From contig JABMPR010000256.1 in the NCBI GenBank assembly GCA_013202895.1, forward strand, positions 1 to 59,207: DNA of 59,207 nucleotides. Direction: 5' to 3'. Positions 36,766 to 46,658 of the stretch are shown in pieces. Origin of the DNA: a bacterium. GTDB lineage: Bacteria; Fidelibacterota; UBA8477; JABMPR01. A model generated the notes under the pieces. That model worked only from the letters and a program-made list of their open reading frames with translations. It did no database searches and was not told the DNA's origin. Each line of letters begins with the position of its first letter. Within the stretch, counting starts at the first letter, position 1. A program made the translations under genes and the position numbers.

Positions 36766-37350
36766 ATGAAAATACTGAAACCATGTCTTATGATTGTATT
36801 AGCAGCACTGGTGATGATCAGTTGTTCTGGCGCACCGGAAGCAACGGATATGCCATCGCGTAAAGCCGCTACGAACCCGAAAGGTCCAACCGATCTTCCG
36901 GATTGGTATATCAATACCCCAGATGAGGATGACACTTACATTTATTCTGTTGGTATGGGTGAATCCAGAAAAATGGATCTCGCTATTGATAAAGCCAAGC
37001 AAGCAGGAAAAGTAGAATTGTCAGAACGTATTTCTGCCAAAGTCCAGAGTCAGGTAAAAAGCTTTACTCAGGAAGCAGGGATGTCGGAAGATACTCAGAT
37101 AATGGAGTTCTATCAGTCTACTTCCAAAACGGTCACCAATAACACCCTGAATGGCGTGACCGTCTTGAAACGCTATCCCTACAAAAAATCAGGTGGCACC
37201 TGGTTGGCTTATGTTCAAATGGGTTTGAAAAAAGATGCTGTAAACAACGAAGTCGTAAGTCTTATTCAAAATGAAGAAGCTCTCTATGCTCAGTTTAAAG
37301 CCTCTCAAGCCTTTCAGGAATTAGAAGCGGCTGTTGGGGACACAAAATAA
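36766..37350 (+). CDS. Lipoprotein, LPP20-like
   Basis: AGGAGG lies upstream. The signal peptide has the lipobox VMISC. The segment YIYSVGMGES...DLAIDKAKQAGKVELSERISAKVQS resembles the LPP20 family. Confidence 0.55.
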   Translation: MKILKPCLMIVLAALVMISCSGAPEATDMPSRKAATNPKGPTDLPDWYINTPDEDDTYIYSVGMGESRKMDLAIDKAKQAGKVELSERISAKVQSQVKSFTQEAGMSEDTQIMEFYQSTSKTVTNNTLNGVTVLKRYPYKKSGGTWLAYVQMGLKKDAVNNEVVSLIQNEEALYAQFKASQAFQELEAAVGDTK

Positions 37351-37371
37351 ATCTCTGCTTACATGATTCAT

Positions 37372-37399
37372 AAAACGGCTCCCTGATGGGAGCCGTTTT
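37372..37399. terminator. Bidirectional rho-independent terminator
   Basis: A perfect 12-bp stem, AAAACGGCTCCC / GGGAGCCGTTTT, has loop TGAT. A/T runs on both sides sit between convergent genes. Confidence 0.8.
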
Positions 37400-37477
37400 A
37401 ATTACATCGAAAACATCCTAAGAATTAAATCTGTGCTAATGGCGTCGCCGGCTGTAAACAATTGAATTATCTTTACA

Positions 37478-38656
37478 TTAATTATTGTTTCTAATCCCTC
37501 TAGGACATGGAGGCAATATCCCTTTTTCAGGTATCTGTCCCGATGTGACTTCCATGCAATCCAGTGGATCGCAACAAGTCGTGCAGACCCTTTTGTAAGC
37601 CCTTACCCCGGTTAGTCTGATCTGAGGTGCCAGAAAATTTTTCTTTAAGGGCTCTTCACGTAAGAGGTCTGTACTTAGATATTTCTTATTGTCATCTGGG
37701 AAAACGGTCACCACAACAGCATCCTCATCCAATTTCTCTTGGGCTATGAGAGCTCCCAGAAAATTTGCACCAGATGAAATCCCTACACCAAGACCCAACT
37801 CTTCAGCCAGTTTTTGAGCCATCAAAATGGCATCACCATCATCAACACCGACCACATCATCGAGACCATTCAGATCCAGGATAGGTGGAATAAATTCGTC
37901 CGAAATCCCCTGTATGCGATGTTTACCGATTTTGTGTCCTGCAGAAAGTGTTGGAGAGTTTGCAGGTTCCAGAGGGTGGATCTTTATGGCAGGGAATTTT
38001 TCCTTAAGAAACCGTCCGGTACCCATTATGGTTCCACCAGTCCCAACACCCGCAACAAACGCATCAGGTGAAAGATCGCGGAATCTCAATTGCCCCCAGA
38101 TTTCAGGTCCTGAACCCCGATAATGAGCTTCTGAATTGTCTTCATTCGAGAACTGGCGTGGCAGAAAGGTGTTCTCCCTTCTTTCAGCCAACTCCTCTGC
38201 CCGCTGGATGCTGCCGACAAAGCCTCCTCCATCCCGGCTTACCAGGACAATCTCTGCGCCCAGGCTGCGAATCAGGTTAATTCTTTCTTCACTCATCCAA
38301 CCCGGCATAAATATGGTTACTGGATGCCCAAGCGCTCTCCCGATAGCTGAGAAAGCGATCCCTGTGTTCCCGCTTGTCGCCTCAATAATCAGATCTCCTG
38401 GCTTTAAAATTCCTCTGGCGTAACCCTGTTCAAGAATATGAAACGCCATCCGATCCTTAATGCTTCCAGTCATATTTAGATTTTCCGCTTTGGCATAAAG
38501 CGTACGAGACTTTCCCTTAAACATAAATTCAATGGCCAGTAATGGTGTGTTGCCAATAAGACTTGCTAAACCACGTATGCGCCCTTGGCTCCCATTTTCT
38601 GCTTCTATTTCTGCGCTTCCACTATTTGAATTGGAATGATCCAGCGCTTCAGACAT
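37478..38656 (-). CDS. Cysteine synthase family PLP enzyme (CysK/CysM-like) with a Cys-rich C-terminal extension
   Basis: 392 aa. Carries NMTGSIKDR (PLP lysine), TSGNTGIA and [10 protein letters not shown]. After the core, a tail of about 60 aa contains [10 protein letters not shown]...PPCP. Confidence 0.8.
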   Translation of the reverse strand: MSEALDHSNSNSGSAEIEAENGSQGRIRGLASLIGNTPLLAIEFMFKGKSRTLYAKAENLNMTGSIKDRMAFHILEQGYARGILKPGDLIIEATSGNTGIAFSAIGRALGHPVTIFMPGWMSEERINLIRSLGAEIVLVSRDGGGFVGSIQRAEELAERRENTFLPRQFSNEDNSEAHYRGSGPEIWGQLRFRDLSPDAFVAGVGTGGTIMGTGRFLKEKFPAIKIHPLEPANSPTLSAGHKIGKHRIQGISDEFIPPILDLNGLDDVVGVDDGDAILMAQKLAEELGLGVGISSGANFLGALIAQEKLDEDAVVVTVFPDDNKKYLSTDLLREEPLKKNFLAPQIRLTGVRAYKRVCTTCCDPLDCMEVTSGQIPEKGILPPCPRGIRNNN

Positions 38657-38733
38657 AATCCCGTTCCCTATTTTAGATCAATTTTTTGTTTAACTCAACA
38701 AATGAAGATTTATGGACCCGCATTCTCTTGTTC

Positions 38734-39441
38734 CTAAAAGAATCCCGGAATCAAATACCAACTGCGTTTCTTATACTCCGCCCACTCAGGGTAGCGCGAC
38801 ATGGATCGTTCTTTCATACTGATATTGACTGCAAACAGACCAATCCAAACCCAGGCTAATATTGCCCAAGGAATCCAGCACCAAACCAAAGTTGCGTATG
38901 CACCATAAATCATCATCTCCCCCAAATAATTGGGGTGGCGGACATAACGAAACATCCCAGATGTAATCAAACCCTTTTGATATTTTAAAGCATAATATTT
39001 TTGGGAATCTGCGGTCAGCATAATCGCTATTCCAAGGGTATGCAATGCGATGGCGGTGGTCATCCAGGCCCAATTGGCACCCATGTGAGCTTCCCCTAAA
39101 ATGGGGGAAATTAATAGGTAGGGGATTACCCAGTAGGGTCCCAGAACGGCTGCAACAGCGATAAATGCACCTCCAAATGTGATACGGGTCTGCCACCTTG
39201 GATCTGGAAAGGCAACATCTTTCAATAGCCAGCAAAATCCATAACTGCCATGCAGACCTAAATAAACCCATGCTTGATCACTGAAATTCTGAAAATAAAA
39301 CATCAAACCCAGGACCCAAAAGGCAGTTGCCCCCTTCTGAAAATTTATCACCCAATTAGATTTTAATATTTTTGGACCACCTAAAAATTCAACATTCAAA
39401 TAATTTATTGTTCGACTTATGCTTGAAACAAAATCTGACAT
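38734..39441 (-). CDS. DUF1295 / ICMT-like membrane methyltransferase or reductase family protein
   Basis: 235 aa and multi-TM. The C-terminal RYVRHPNYLGEMMIYGAYA motif is typical of the ICMT/DUF1295/steroid-reductase-like fold. Confidence 0.65.
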   Translation of the reverse strand: MSDFVSSISRTINYLNVEFLGGPKILKSNWVINFQKGATAFWVLGLMFYFQNFSDQAWVYLGLHGSYGFCWLLKDVAFPDPRWQTRITFGGAFIAVAAVLGPYWVIPYLLISPILGEAHMGANWAWMTTAIALHTLGIAIMLTADSQKYYALKYQKGLITSGMFRYVRHPNYLGEMMIYGAYATLVWCWIPWAILAWVWIGLFAVNISMKERSMSRYPEWAEYKKRSWYLIPGFF

Positions 39442-39662
39442 GTTCAGGACCTTTGATATTTGTGTTTATTCATTAGTGCTGCTTTGGATCACTCAGTAAA
39501 AATATTTGGTGTTTGCTCTTCCTTCCAGATCAGCACTGAAGCATCAATTTATTTGGGAATTAGCGCTTATGCGAATAAAAGGTGTGTTCATCTTCCCATT
39601 CGCTTTTGCTGCGGAACAAATATTGTCACCTTTAGTTAATCAACTATATTTGCTGAACTTTT

Positions 39663-40619
39663 TTGAAGGAGTGCAAGCTGAAGCATAGCAGATTTATAAA
39701 ACAAGTTTCAAAGTCACTTTCCTTCGTTACTTTAACTTTGTTATTTATTACCTGCAATCAGGCACAGGAGCCTATGAAGTATAATAAACTTACCCCGGAT
39801 GAAGAACGCGTTATCGTTAATAAGGGAACCGAAAAACCCTATAGTGGCAAATATGAACATCACGAGGAAAAGGGTGTTTACACCTGCAAACGCTGTGATA
39901 CCCCCCTATATCGCTCTGCGGATAAATTTGATGCCCAATGTGGCTGGCCAAGCTTTGATGATGAAATTCCTGGTGCTGTTAAACGCGTCAAAGATGCTGA
40001 CGGGCGCCGAACCGAAATTTTGTGTGCCAAATGTGATGGTCATCTGGGGCATGTATTTCTGGGAGAAGGGTTTACCCCAAACAATACGCGTCATTGTGTT
40101 AACTCTATTTCTCTTAACTTTGAACCGTTGGAGCTTCAAATGGAAAAAGCCATTTATGCCTCAGGTTGTTTTTGGGGAGTAGAATATCAACTTCAAAAAA
40201 TCAAAGGTGTGATTTCAACAAGCGTTGGATACACCGGCGGAAGTGTCCCCAACCCTAGCTATAAACAGGTCTGCACCGGTTTAACCGGTCATGCTGAGGC
40301 TGTAGAGGTGCTTTATAATCCTGCGGAGGTCAGCTACGAAGAACTTACAAAGATATTTTTCGAAACTCATGACCCTACCCAGATTGACGGCCAGGGACCC
40401 GATATCGGCGATCAATATCGATCAGAAATCTACTATTTCTCAGATGAACAAAAACAAACTGCCGAGAAATTAATAGCAACCCTTGAGAAAAAGGGCTTAA
40501 ACGTTGTGACTGCCCTCACCCCTGCAACGACCTTTTATGATGGCGAAGAATATCATCAGGATTATTATCTTAAATCTGGGGGCACACCCTACTGCCATGC
40601 GTACACAAAACGGTTTTAA
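39663..40619 (+). CDS. msrAB: Bifunctional methionine sulfoxide reductase MsrB-MsrA with an N-terminal signal / possible lipobox
   Basis: The MsrB part has CKRCDTPLY, CGWPSF, CAKCDGHLGHVF and RHCVNS. The MsrA part has GCFWGVE and GYTGG. A hydrophobic leader with LLFITC is present. The start is uncertain: TTG 39663 precedes GAAGGAG. Confidence 0.85.
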   Translation: MKECKLKHSRFIKQVSKSLSFVTLTLLFITCNQAQEPMKYNKLTPDEERVIVNKGTEKPYSGKYEHHEEKGVYTCKRCDTPLYRSADKFDAQCGWPSFDDEIPGAVKRVKDADGRRTEILCAKCDGHLGHVFLGEGFTPNNTRHCVNSISLNFEPLELQMEKAIYASGCFWGVEYQLQKIKGVISTSVGYTGGSVPNPSYKQVCTGLTGHAEAVEVLYNPAEVSYEELTKIFFETHDPTQIDGQGPDIGDQYRSEIYYFSDEQKQTAEKLIATLEKKGLNVVTALTPATTFYDGEEYHQDYYLKSGGTPYCHAYTKRF

Positions 40620-41500
40620 GGATTAATCTCCGTTTGTACAAAATAAGTTCTGCCCAGCACAACAGTTAAAATACCACCTAGGATCAAAATTCCTGAGATA
40701 GTGAGGCGGAGCGTAATTGGTTCGGAAACGAACATCACACCCCCCAGAGCAGCTATCATAGGGACCGAAAGCTGGATAACTGCCGCCTGGGTTGCAGAAA
40801 GACCTTCAAGGGCTTTGTACCAGATCGTATACCCTAGCCCGGAGGCAATACTGCCTGACAGGGCAGCGAGGATAAAACCCTCAAGTGAAAAATGTCCATT
40901 TTTTAAAGTTAACAACACTATTATGATCACCAGGGGAATGGTTCTCATAAAATTGTGAGCTGTATCCAGCAGTGGATTGGTCGAATCCTTCCCCTTGAGT
41001 GTATACAGACCCCATGCTATTCCAGCGATGGTCATGAGGCTAAAACCGAATACTGATGGGGTTGATACACCTGGTAGAATCAGATAAACAAAACCGCTGA
41101 AAGCGATGACGATCCCAAACCATTCGCTGGCATGTAGTCTATTCCCCCTAAAAAGTGAGACGATTATCATAGTAATTTGTACTGCGCCAAAAAGGATAAG
41201 CGCTCCAGTGCCTGTGTCCAGAGTGATATAGGCAAATGAAAAAGCGATAGCATAGATAAACAACATCAAGCCAGGTTGCCAACTCCCCGTACGCGGCAAA
41301 TAGGGTTTTTCCTTTTTATAGAACAGGATCACAAGGAGTGTTAGAGCACCTGAAAGGAGCCTGATACTCGTAAAGCTACCTGCATCAATAGCTGCTTCAC
41401 CCAGGGCCAGGCGGCACAGAACCGAGTTCGCAGCAAAGGCAATCAATGCCATAGCAGTGAGTACGATTGTTTTACCGACACGATTTGACTGATTAGCCAT
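40616..41500 (-). CDS. EamA/DMT-family transporter
   Basis: 294 aa with 10 TM helices in two EamA-like halves. Confidence 0.75.
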   Translation of the reverse strand: MANQSNRVGKTIVLTAMALIAFAANSVLCRLALGEAAIDAGSFTSIRLLSGALTLLVILFYKKEKPYLPRTGSWQPGLMLFIYAIAFSFAYITLDTGTGALILFGAVQITMIIVSLFRGNRLHASEWFGIVIAFSGFVYLILPGVSTPSVFGFSLMTIAGIAWGLYTLKGKDSTNPLLDTAHNFMRTIPLVIIIVLLTLKNGHFSLEGFILAALSGSIASGLGYTIWYKALEGLSATQAAVIQLSVPMIAALGGVMFVSEPITLRLTISGILILGGILTVVLGRTYFVQTEINP

Positions 41501-41522
41501 TAATCAGCCTTACCGCTTACTT

Positions 41523-43142
41523 TCAACCTTCTGAATCACCACCGAATGCAACTCCGCTTAAGTCCGCCATTTCACGTTTCCAGGTAGTCAAATCGTTGAT
41601 ATTGAATTGATTCAAATGATTATGTCCACACCCTCGAGCCATAACCTGCATTAATTCCGTGGAAGCTCGAAAGAAATTATTCAGGTGATGGGCAGCCTTA
41701 TCAATTTTTATTCTTGCTCGTAAATGGGGTTGTTGCGTAGCAATACCAACCGGACAATTGTTGGTATGACAGGCGCGCATCCCAAGACAGCCGATTGCTT
41801 GCAGGGCTGCATTTGAAACAGCGATAGCGTCCGCCCCTAGAGCCAGTGCCTTTATAAAATCCGCAGGTAAACGCAAACCACCGGTTATAATCAGGGTAAT
41901 ATCCTGACGACCTTTTTTATCCAGATAGCGTCGAGCTCTAGCTAATGCTGGAATTGTCGGAACTGAGATGTTATCTCTGAATATGAGAGGCGCAGCCCCG
42001 GTTCCTCCTCCACGGCCATCCAGAATAATGTAGTCAACCCCTATATCTAGGGCGGCTTCAATATCTTGTTCTATGTGCTGAGCTGAAAGTTTAACACCAA
42101 TTGGAATCCCGCCGGTAGCCTCTCGTACCTCTCTGGCGAACTGACGATAATCATCAAGGTTCTCCCAGTCCGGAAACCGTGAAGGAGATATTGCTGGTTC
42201 ACCAGGCTTTAAACCTCGAACTTCAGCAATTTTCCCTTGAACCTTATTTCCTGGAAGATGACCACCTGTTCCAGTTTTTGCTCCCTGTCCACATTTGAAA
42301 TGAAAAGCCTGACATTTTTGGACTTTATCCATTGAATAGCCAAAACGAGCTGACGCGAGTTCATATAAATACCGGGAATTCGATGCCTGCTCTTCTGGAA
42401 GCATACCTCCTTCACCAGAACATATGCCAGTCTGGGCCATTTCAGCACCCTTTGCCAGAGCAATCTTAGCTTCTTCTGAGAGTGCCCCAAAGCTCATGTC
42501 TGAGACAAAGAGCGGATGTTCCAGGACCAGAGGCTTTTTGGCATTGGGGCCAATGATTACTTGTGTCGCTACGGGTGCATCATCCAGGAGCGGGACCTTG
42601 TGTAATTGGGCGGTCAGAATCTGAAGATCATCCCATTGAGGGAGTGCATTGCGGTCAACACCCATAGCAGCTACGCGGCCATGATGCCCGGTTTTGGTCA
42701 ATCCATGTTGGGCAAGATGCTGGATGTACTGAGTGTGTGGTTCTTCCGGTGTACCATGAAAATCCTGATAAAGCCCCTGGTAAGTTGTCCGATTATAAGG
42801 CTGAGGATTATCCTTTTCCCAGGCTTGGACTTCATCTTCATCTACCCAGACCTGACCATCAGATATCCAGGCAGTAAATTGATGTAAACGTTCCTTGGGA
42901 TTGTAAGAACTAATACCCGTTTTGTACTGATAGTCCCAACCATGCAAACCACACATTAAATTTGGTCCATCTACATGTCCGTCTGCCATTAAGGCTCCCC
43001 GATGAAGACAGCGACCATACATCACAGACACTTGTTCTTCATCCTCCCAACGCACTAACACCAGATCAACATTTGCGATTTCGGCATAAGCTGGCTCAAT
43101 AGGTATTAGTTTGGCCCAATCCGCTATTGCTACTTTATTCAT
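41523..43142 (-). CDS. Fusion of a Rieske [2Fe-2S] domain and a glutamate-synthase-like FMN domain (GltS domain 2 family)
   Basis: 539 aa. The N-terminus has CLHRG...CGLHGWDY (Rieske CxH...CxxH). The remainder has SFGALS, KCGQGAKTGTGGHLPG, DGRGGGTGAAP and ITGGLR, as in GltB FMN-domain homologues. Confidence 0.75.
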   Translation of the reverse strand: MNKVAIADWAKLIPIEPAYAEIANVDLVLVRWEDEEQVSVMYGRCLHRGALMADGHVDGPNLMCGLHGWDYQYKTGISSYNPKERLHQFTAWISDGQVWVDEDEVQAWEKDNPQPYNRTTYQGLYQDFHGTPEEPHTQYIQHLAQHGLTKTGHHGRVAAMGVDRNALPQWDDLQILTAQLHKVPLLDDAPVATQVIIGPNAKKPLVLEHPLFVSDMSFGALSEEAKIALAKGAEMAQTGICSGEGGMLPEEQASNSRYLYELASARFGYSMDKVQKCQAFHFKCGQGAKTGTGGHLPGNKVQGKIAEVRGLKPGEPAISPSRFPDWENLDDYRQFAREVREATGGIPIGVKLSAQHIEQDIEAALDIGVDYIILDGRGGGTGAAPLIFRDNISVPTIPALARARRYLDKKGRQDITLIITGGLRLPADFIKALALGADAIAVSNAALQAIGCLGMRACHTNNCPVGIATQQPHLRARIKIDKAAHHLNNFFRASTELMQVMARGCGHNHLNQFNINDLTTWKREMADLSGVAFGGDSEG

Positions 43143-43413
43143 CCTTTTGCTTTATTTCCTTCCTTTAAACGCACGGCCTTCCCCTCTCCATTCCTTACAA
43201 GATCCCAAGCTATATTTCTGGTAGTTTGAGCTACAATACACTATTGATTTATGCCACTACCGTGTTTGCTCAAACAGTTTAAACTGCGGGGAAGTGCGTA
43301 TGTGTCTTGGTGCATACAAACTCAATTTCAACGAATTATTAAGCTGGGATATCGTTTAGCATCCTATTAACACCAAGAATCCATCCAATCAGTTCTGGTA
43401 AACTACAAAACCT

Positions 43414-43929
43414 CTAGAATGGGCTATAGCGGGCAATGGACATACCTAGCAGTGCAATTCCCATAAATGCCAAAGCCACTTTACCGGTGAGTCCTAAGCG
43501 AGCTCCAAGCGTTTGCATTGCCAATCCCTGCTCCGGCGTGGGTGGTCCCTCATTTGATTGAATTTCGCGACCGATCACCTGCATCTGATTAAGGATGCTT
43601 CGAATAAGGAATAACGCAATAAACCAGGCTATCAGACCAGCAGTAACTCCACTCGTGAGAAGAATCCCATAGCCGCTTGCCATAAAATTTTGAGTCCCCG
43701 CCAGAGGCCAATAAATCACAAGTCCAGATAGCATGGTAAGAGTTGCTGCTGTATAAACTGAATTCATTAGTTGAGTATTAAAGGAAAGATGCTGCATGAA
43801 TTTCTGTCCTTCAGCCCCAGTAGCCTTAACTGCTGGCTGTAAAAAGACAATATTTGCAAAAGCAAATCCGACCCAGAACACACCACAAAATATGTGAATT
43901 ATCCGTAGTGGAATAATAAGTGCACCCAT
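43414..43929 (-). CDS. Integral membrane protein, unknown function
   Basis: 171 aa with 4 hydrophobic helices. I recognise no motif. Confidence 0.5.
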   Translation of the reverse strand: MGALIIPLRIIHIFCGVFWVGFAFANIVFLQPAVKATGAEGQKFMQHLSFNTQLMNSVYTAATLTMLSGLVIYWPLAGTQNFMASGYGILLTSGVTAGLIAWFIALFLIRSILNQMQVIGREIQSNEGPPTPEQGLAMQTLGARLGLTGKVALAFMGIALLGMSIARYSPF

Positions 43930-44128
43930 TATGAACCTCCTGATTATAACATTGGTTGAACATCTAAAGAGGCGTTAAGAGACTTTCTCAACTGGCTCAA
44001 TTAGACCGTTAAATTATTACAATTTAGTATTCGGGATAAAATTAGTCCGCTATTCATAATTAGCCACAACTATTGATAACGAGTCATGGCTGGGAGAGTG
44101 GAAATTAAAGCTATTTATTTGAATAGTC

Positions 44129-44743
44129 CTAGAGACTCATCATTAAAAAGCCTGTAAAAGCAGCACTGTTTGGAGAGAGAGCCGGGGACACATGAGATTT
44201 CATTTCATTAACAATGGATTGGTACTTCTTATAAAATTCCCATGATGGTCTGGGTTTATACTCCAGGGAATCCAATTCGAAGTGATCTATGACCCCCTTG
44301 GCGGTTGTGGGTTTCACAAAAACTTCATTCAGGGGCTCAAAATAGGTTGGCCAAAGACTTATCAACGACCATTTAGCCAATTTATCACGACTCAAAAGCT
44401 CAAGTAAAACCTCAAAACCCTCTTGCTTGTTGCCATGCAGTCGTTTTTGCATTCCCCGTGCCAACAGCTCCTGCTCCCCGCGATTTAGGGAATAGGCAAA
44501 ATCTCTAAATTTTGGCTTTTCAAACATGGATACCATAGAAGAACGACTAACAATTTTGTTCAAACTCTCAACAATTTCCACCGGTGATTTGAAATTCTGT
44601 TTGGCCAGGCTATCCTGGGCGAAAAGGATTATTTTGTCCATTTTATGCTTTTTCCCAATTTCCAACATCTCGGGGTTCTCAAAGCCACCGGGATAGCGTT
44701 TTAAAAATGATGCTTCTGCCTGCTTCAATTTATCTAGATTCAT
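44129..44743 (-). CDS. Hypothetical protein
   Basis: 204 aa, soluble, with coding-like composition. I do not recognise a family. It is divergent from the purine cluster. Confidence 0.5.
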   Translation of the reverse strand: MNLDKLKQAEASFLKRYPGGFENPEMLEIGKKHKMDKIILFAQDSLAKQNFKSPVEIVESLNKIVSRSSMVSMFEKPKFRDFAYSLNRGEQELLARGMQKRLHGNKQEGFEVLLELLSRDKLAKWSLISLWPTYFEPLNEVFVKPTTAKGVIDHFELDSLEYKPRPSWEFYKKYQSIVNEMKSHVSPALSPNSAAFTGFLMMSL

Positions 44744-44963
44744 AAGATCTCCAATTTATTGTGATTCAACTCATATTTTTGACAGCTGGATCGTAAACTA
44801 GCCAAATATTGCTTTATATGAACTGATAAAACTGCTGACTTCTAAGTTGAGGAACTGGTCCGCCCAAGAATTATTTAAATATCTTGTCAAATCAGACTAA
44901 ATTACGGACCGGCTCAAACTGAAACTGAACAGTTGACATTATTATTGGTATGAAAAAATTTCG

Positions 44964-46610
44964 ATGACATATACAAGCTGTATCCTTTCCGGTAGAATTG
45001 TTGATGTACTTAATCAACGAATTTTTCCGGGGAAAATTGAGATCGTTGATGGGAAAATCACTTCGGTGACAGAAACACCTGTTTCAGATACCCGGCACAT
45101 TCTTCCGGGACTTATTGATGCCCATATTCATATCGAAAGTTCTATGCTTATCCCCACCGAATTTGCCAGAGCAGCAGTCATCCATGGAACGGTTGCCACG
45201 GTGTCAGATCCGCATGAGATCGCCAATGTTTTGGGGATGCGGGGTGTTAATTTTATGCTTGAGAATGCAAAGCAGACCCCTTTCAAATTTTATTTTGGGG
45301 CACCATCATGTGTCCCTGCAACGCCATTTGAGACGGCAGGTGCCAGCATCTCCGTCAAGGAAATCAAAGAGCTCCTTGATCGGCCAGAGATTGTAAGTCT
45401 CTCGGAAATGATGAATGTTCCAGGCGTACTCAACGATGCCCCTGATGTAATTGAAAAACTGTCACTCGCTCAATCCGCCGGTAAAGTGGTTGATGGTCAC
45501 GCTCCTGGCTTACGAGGGGAGGCGGTTGGCAAATACGTTGGCGCCGGGATCACTACGGACCATGAATGCTTTACTATAGAAGAAGCCCATGAAAAATTAG
45601 CTTTGGGGATGCAGGTGCAAATCCGTGAAGGTTCGGCTGCTCGCAATCTGGATGATCTGATCCCACTCCTTGACAGCCATTATAAAAATTGCATGCTTTG
45701 CAGTGATGACAAACATCCTGATGATCTGGCTGAGGGACATATTAACAAAATGGTAAAACGAGCCCTTGACGCTGGAATCGCACCCCTAAAAGTGCTGTGG
45801 AGCGCTTCCGTCACCCCCATCAAAACCTATGGTCTTGAGGTTGGCTTGCTACAGGTTGGTGATTCGGCAGATTTGATAATCGTTGATGATTTGAATAATT
45901 TCGAAATCCTCGAGACCTATATCGATGGAGTCTGTGTTGCCCAATCGGGCACCACGCATCTCGTTTCTCAGCCTAGCGATCCCATAAACCATTTCGAAGC
46001 CCAATTACAAAAACCTGAGCAGTTAAGAATAAAGCCAAAATCAGCAGTTATCCCGGTTATCGAAGTGATTGACGGTCAACTTGTTACCAAGAAATTTATG
46101 TGGACTCCCCTATTGGATGATAAGGGCTATATTCAAACCGACCTGGATACCGATATATTGAAAATTGCTGTTTTAAATCGCTATTCTCTATCTCAACCGG
46201 CCATTGCATTTATAAAGAACTTTGGATTAAAGCAGGGAGCTATTGCATCATCCGTTGCCCATGATTCTCATAATATTGTTGCTGTCGGTACCTCAGACAC
46301 GGCTCTGGCCGATGTCATGAATCTGGTTATTGAAAACAAAGGCGGTATTGCTGCTGTTACAAACGAAGGGGAGCATGTCTTAGCCTTAGCGGTTGCCGGG
46401 ATCATGTCTAATGAAGATTGTTTCAAGGTTGGCCAAGCCTACGGTCGCATGGACGAATTGGCAAAAGAAATGGGATCTCAATTGAGTGCCCCATATATGA
46501 CACTCTCCTTCATGGCATTGCTAGTTATACCAGAAATCAAATTGAGCGACAAAGGTTTGTTTGATGGAGATAAATTCGAGTTTTTAGATGTATTTGAGCG
46601 ATATAATTAA
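44964..46610 (+). CDS. ade: Adenine deaminase
   Basis: 548 aa. ILPGLIDAHIHIESSM and SDPHEIANV are amidohydrolase metal ligands in the Ade-type arrangement. Confidence 0.85.
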   Translation: MTYTSCILSGRIVDVLNQRIFPGKIEIVDGKITSVTETPVSDTRHILPGLIDAHIHIESSMLIPTEFARAAVIHGTVATVSDPHEIANVLGMRGVNFMLENAKQTPFKFYFGAPSCVPATPFETAGASISVKEIKELLDRPEIVSLSEMMNVPGVLNDAPDVIEKLSLAQSAGKVVDGHAPGLRGEAVGKYVGAGITTDHECFTIEEAHEKLALGMQVQIREGSAARNLDDLIPLLDSHYKNCMLCSDDKHPDDLAEGHINKMVKRALDAGIAPLKVLWSASVTPIKTYGLEVGLLQVGDSADLIIVDDLNNFEILETYIDGVCVAQSGTTHLVSQPSDPINHFEAQLQKPEQLRIKPKSAVIPVIEVIDGQLVTKKFMWTPLLDDKGYIQTDLDTDILKIAVLNRYSLSQPAIAFIKNFGLKQGAIASSVAHDSHNIVAVGTSDTALADVMNLVIENKGGIAAVTNEGEHVLALAVAGIMSNEDCFKVGQAYGRMDELAKEMGSQLSAPYMTLSFMALLVIPEIKLSDKGLFDGDKFEFLDVFERYN

Positions 46611-46658
46611 CTGCACCAAACAGATCAATTATGTTCACAACGAATTGAAAAAGGGAAA

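Noticed and set aside
36642-36935. 97-aa minus-strand ORF overlapping the LPP20-like lipoprotein gene
   Set aside because: It overlaps the 5' end of a + strand gene that has a strong AGGAGG RBS and a lipoprotein signal. It has no motif and is a likely shadow ORF.
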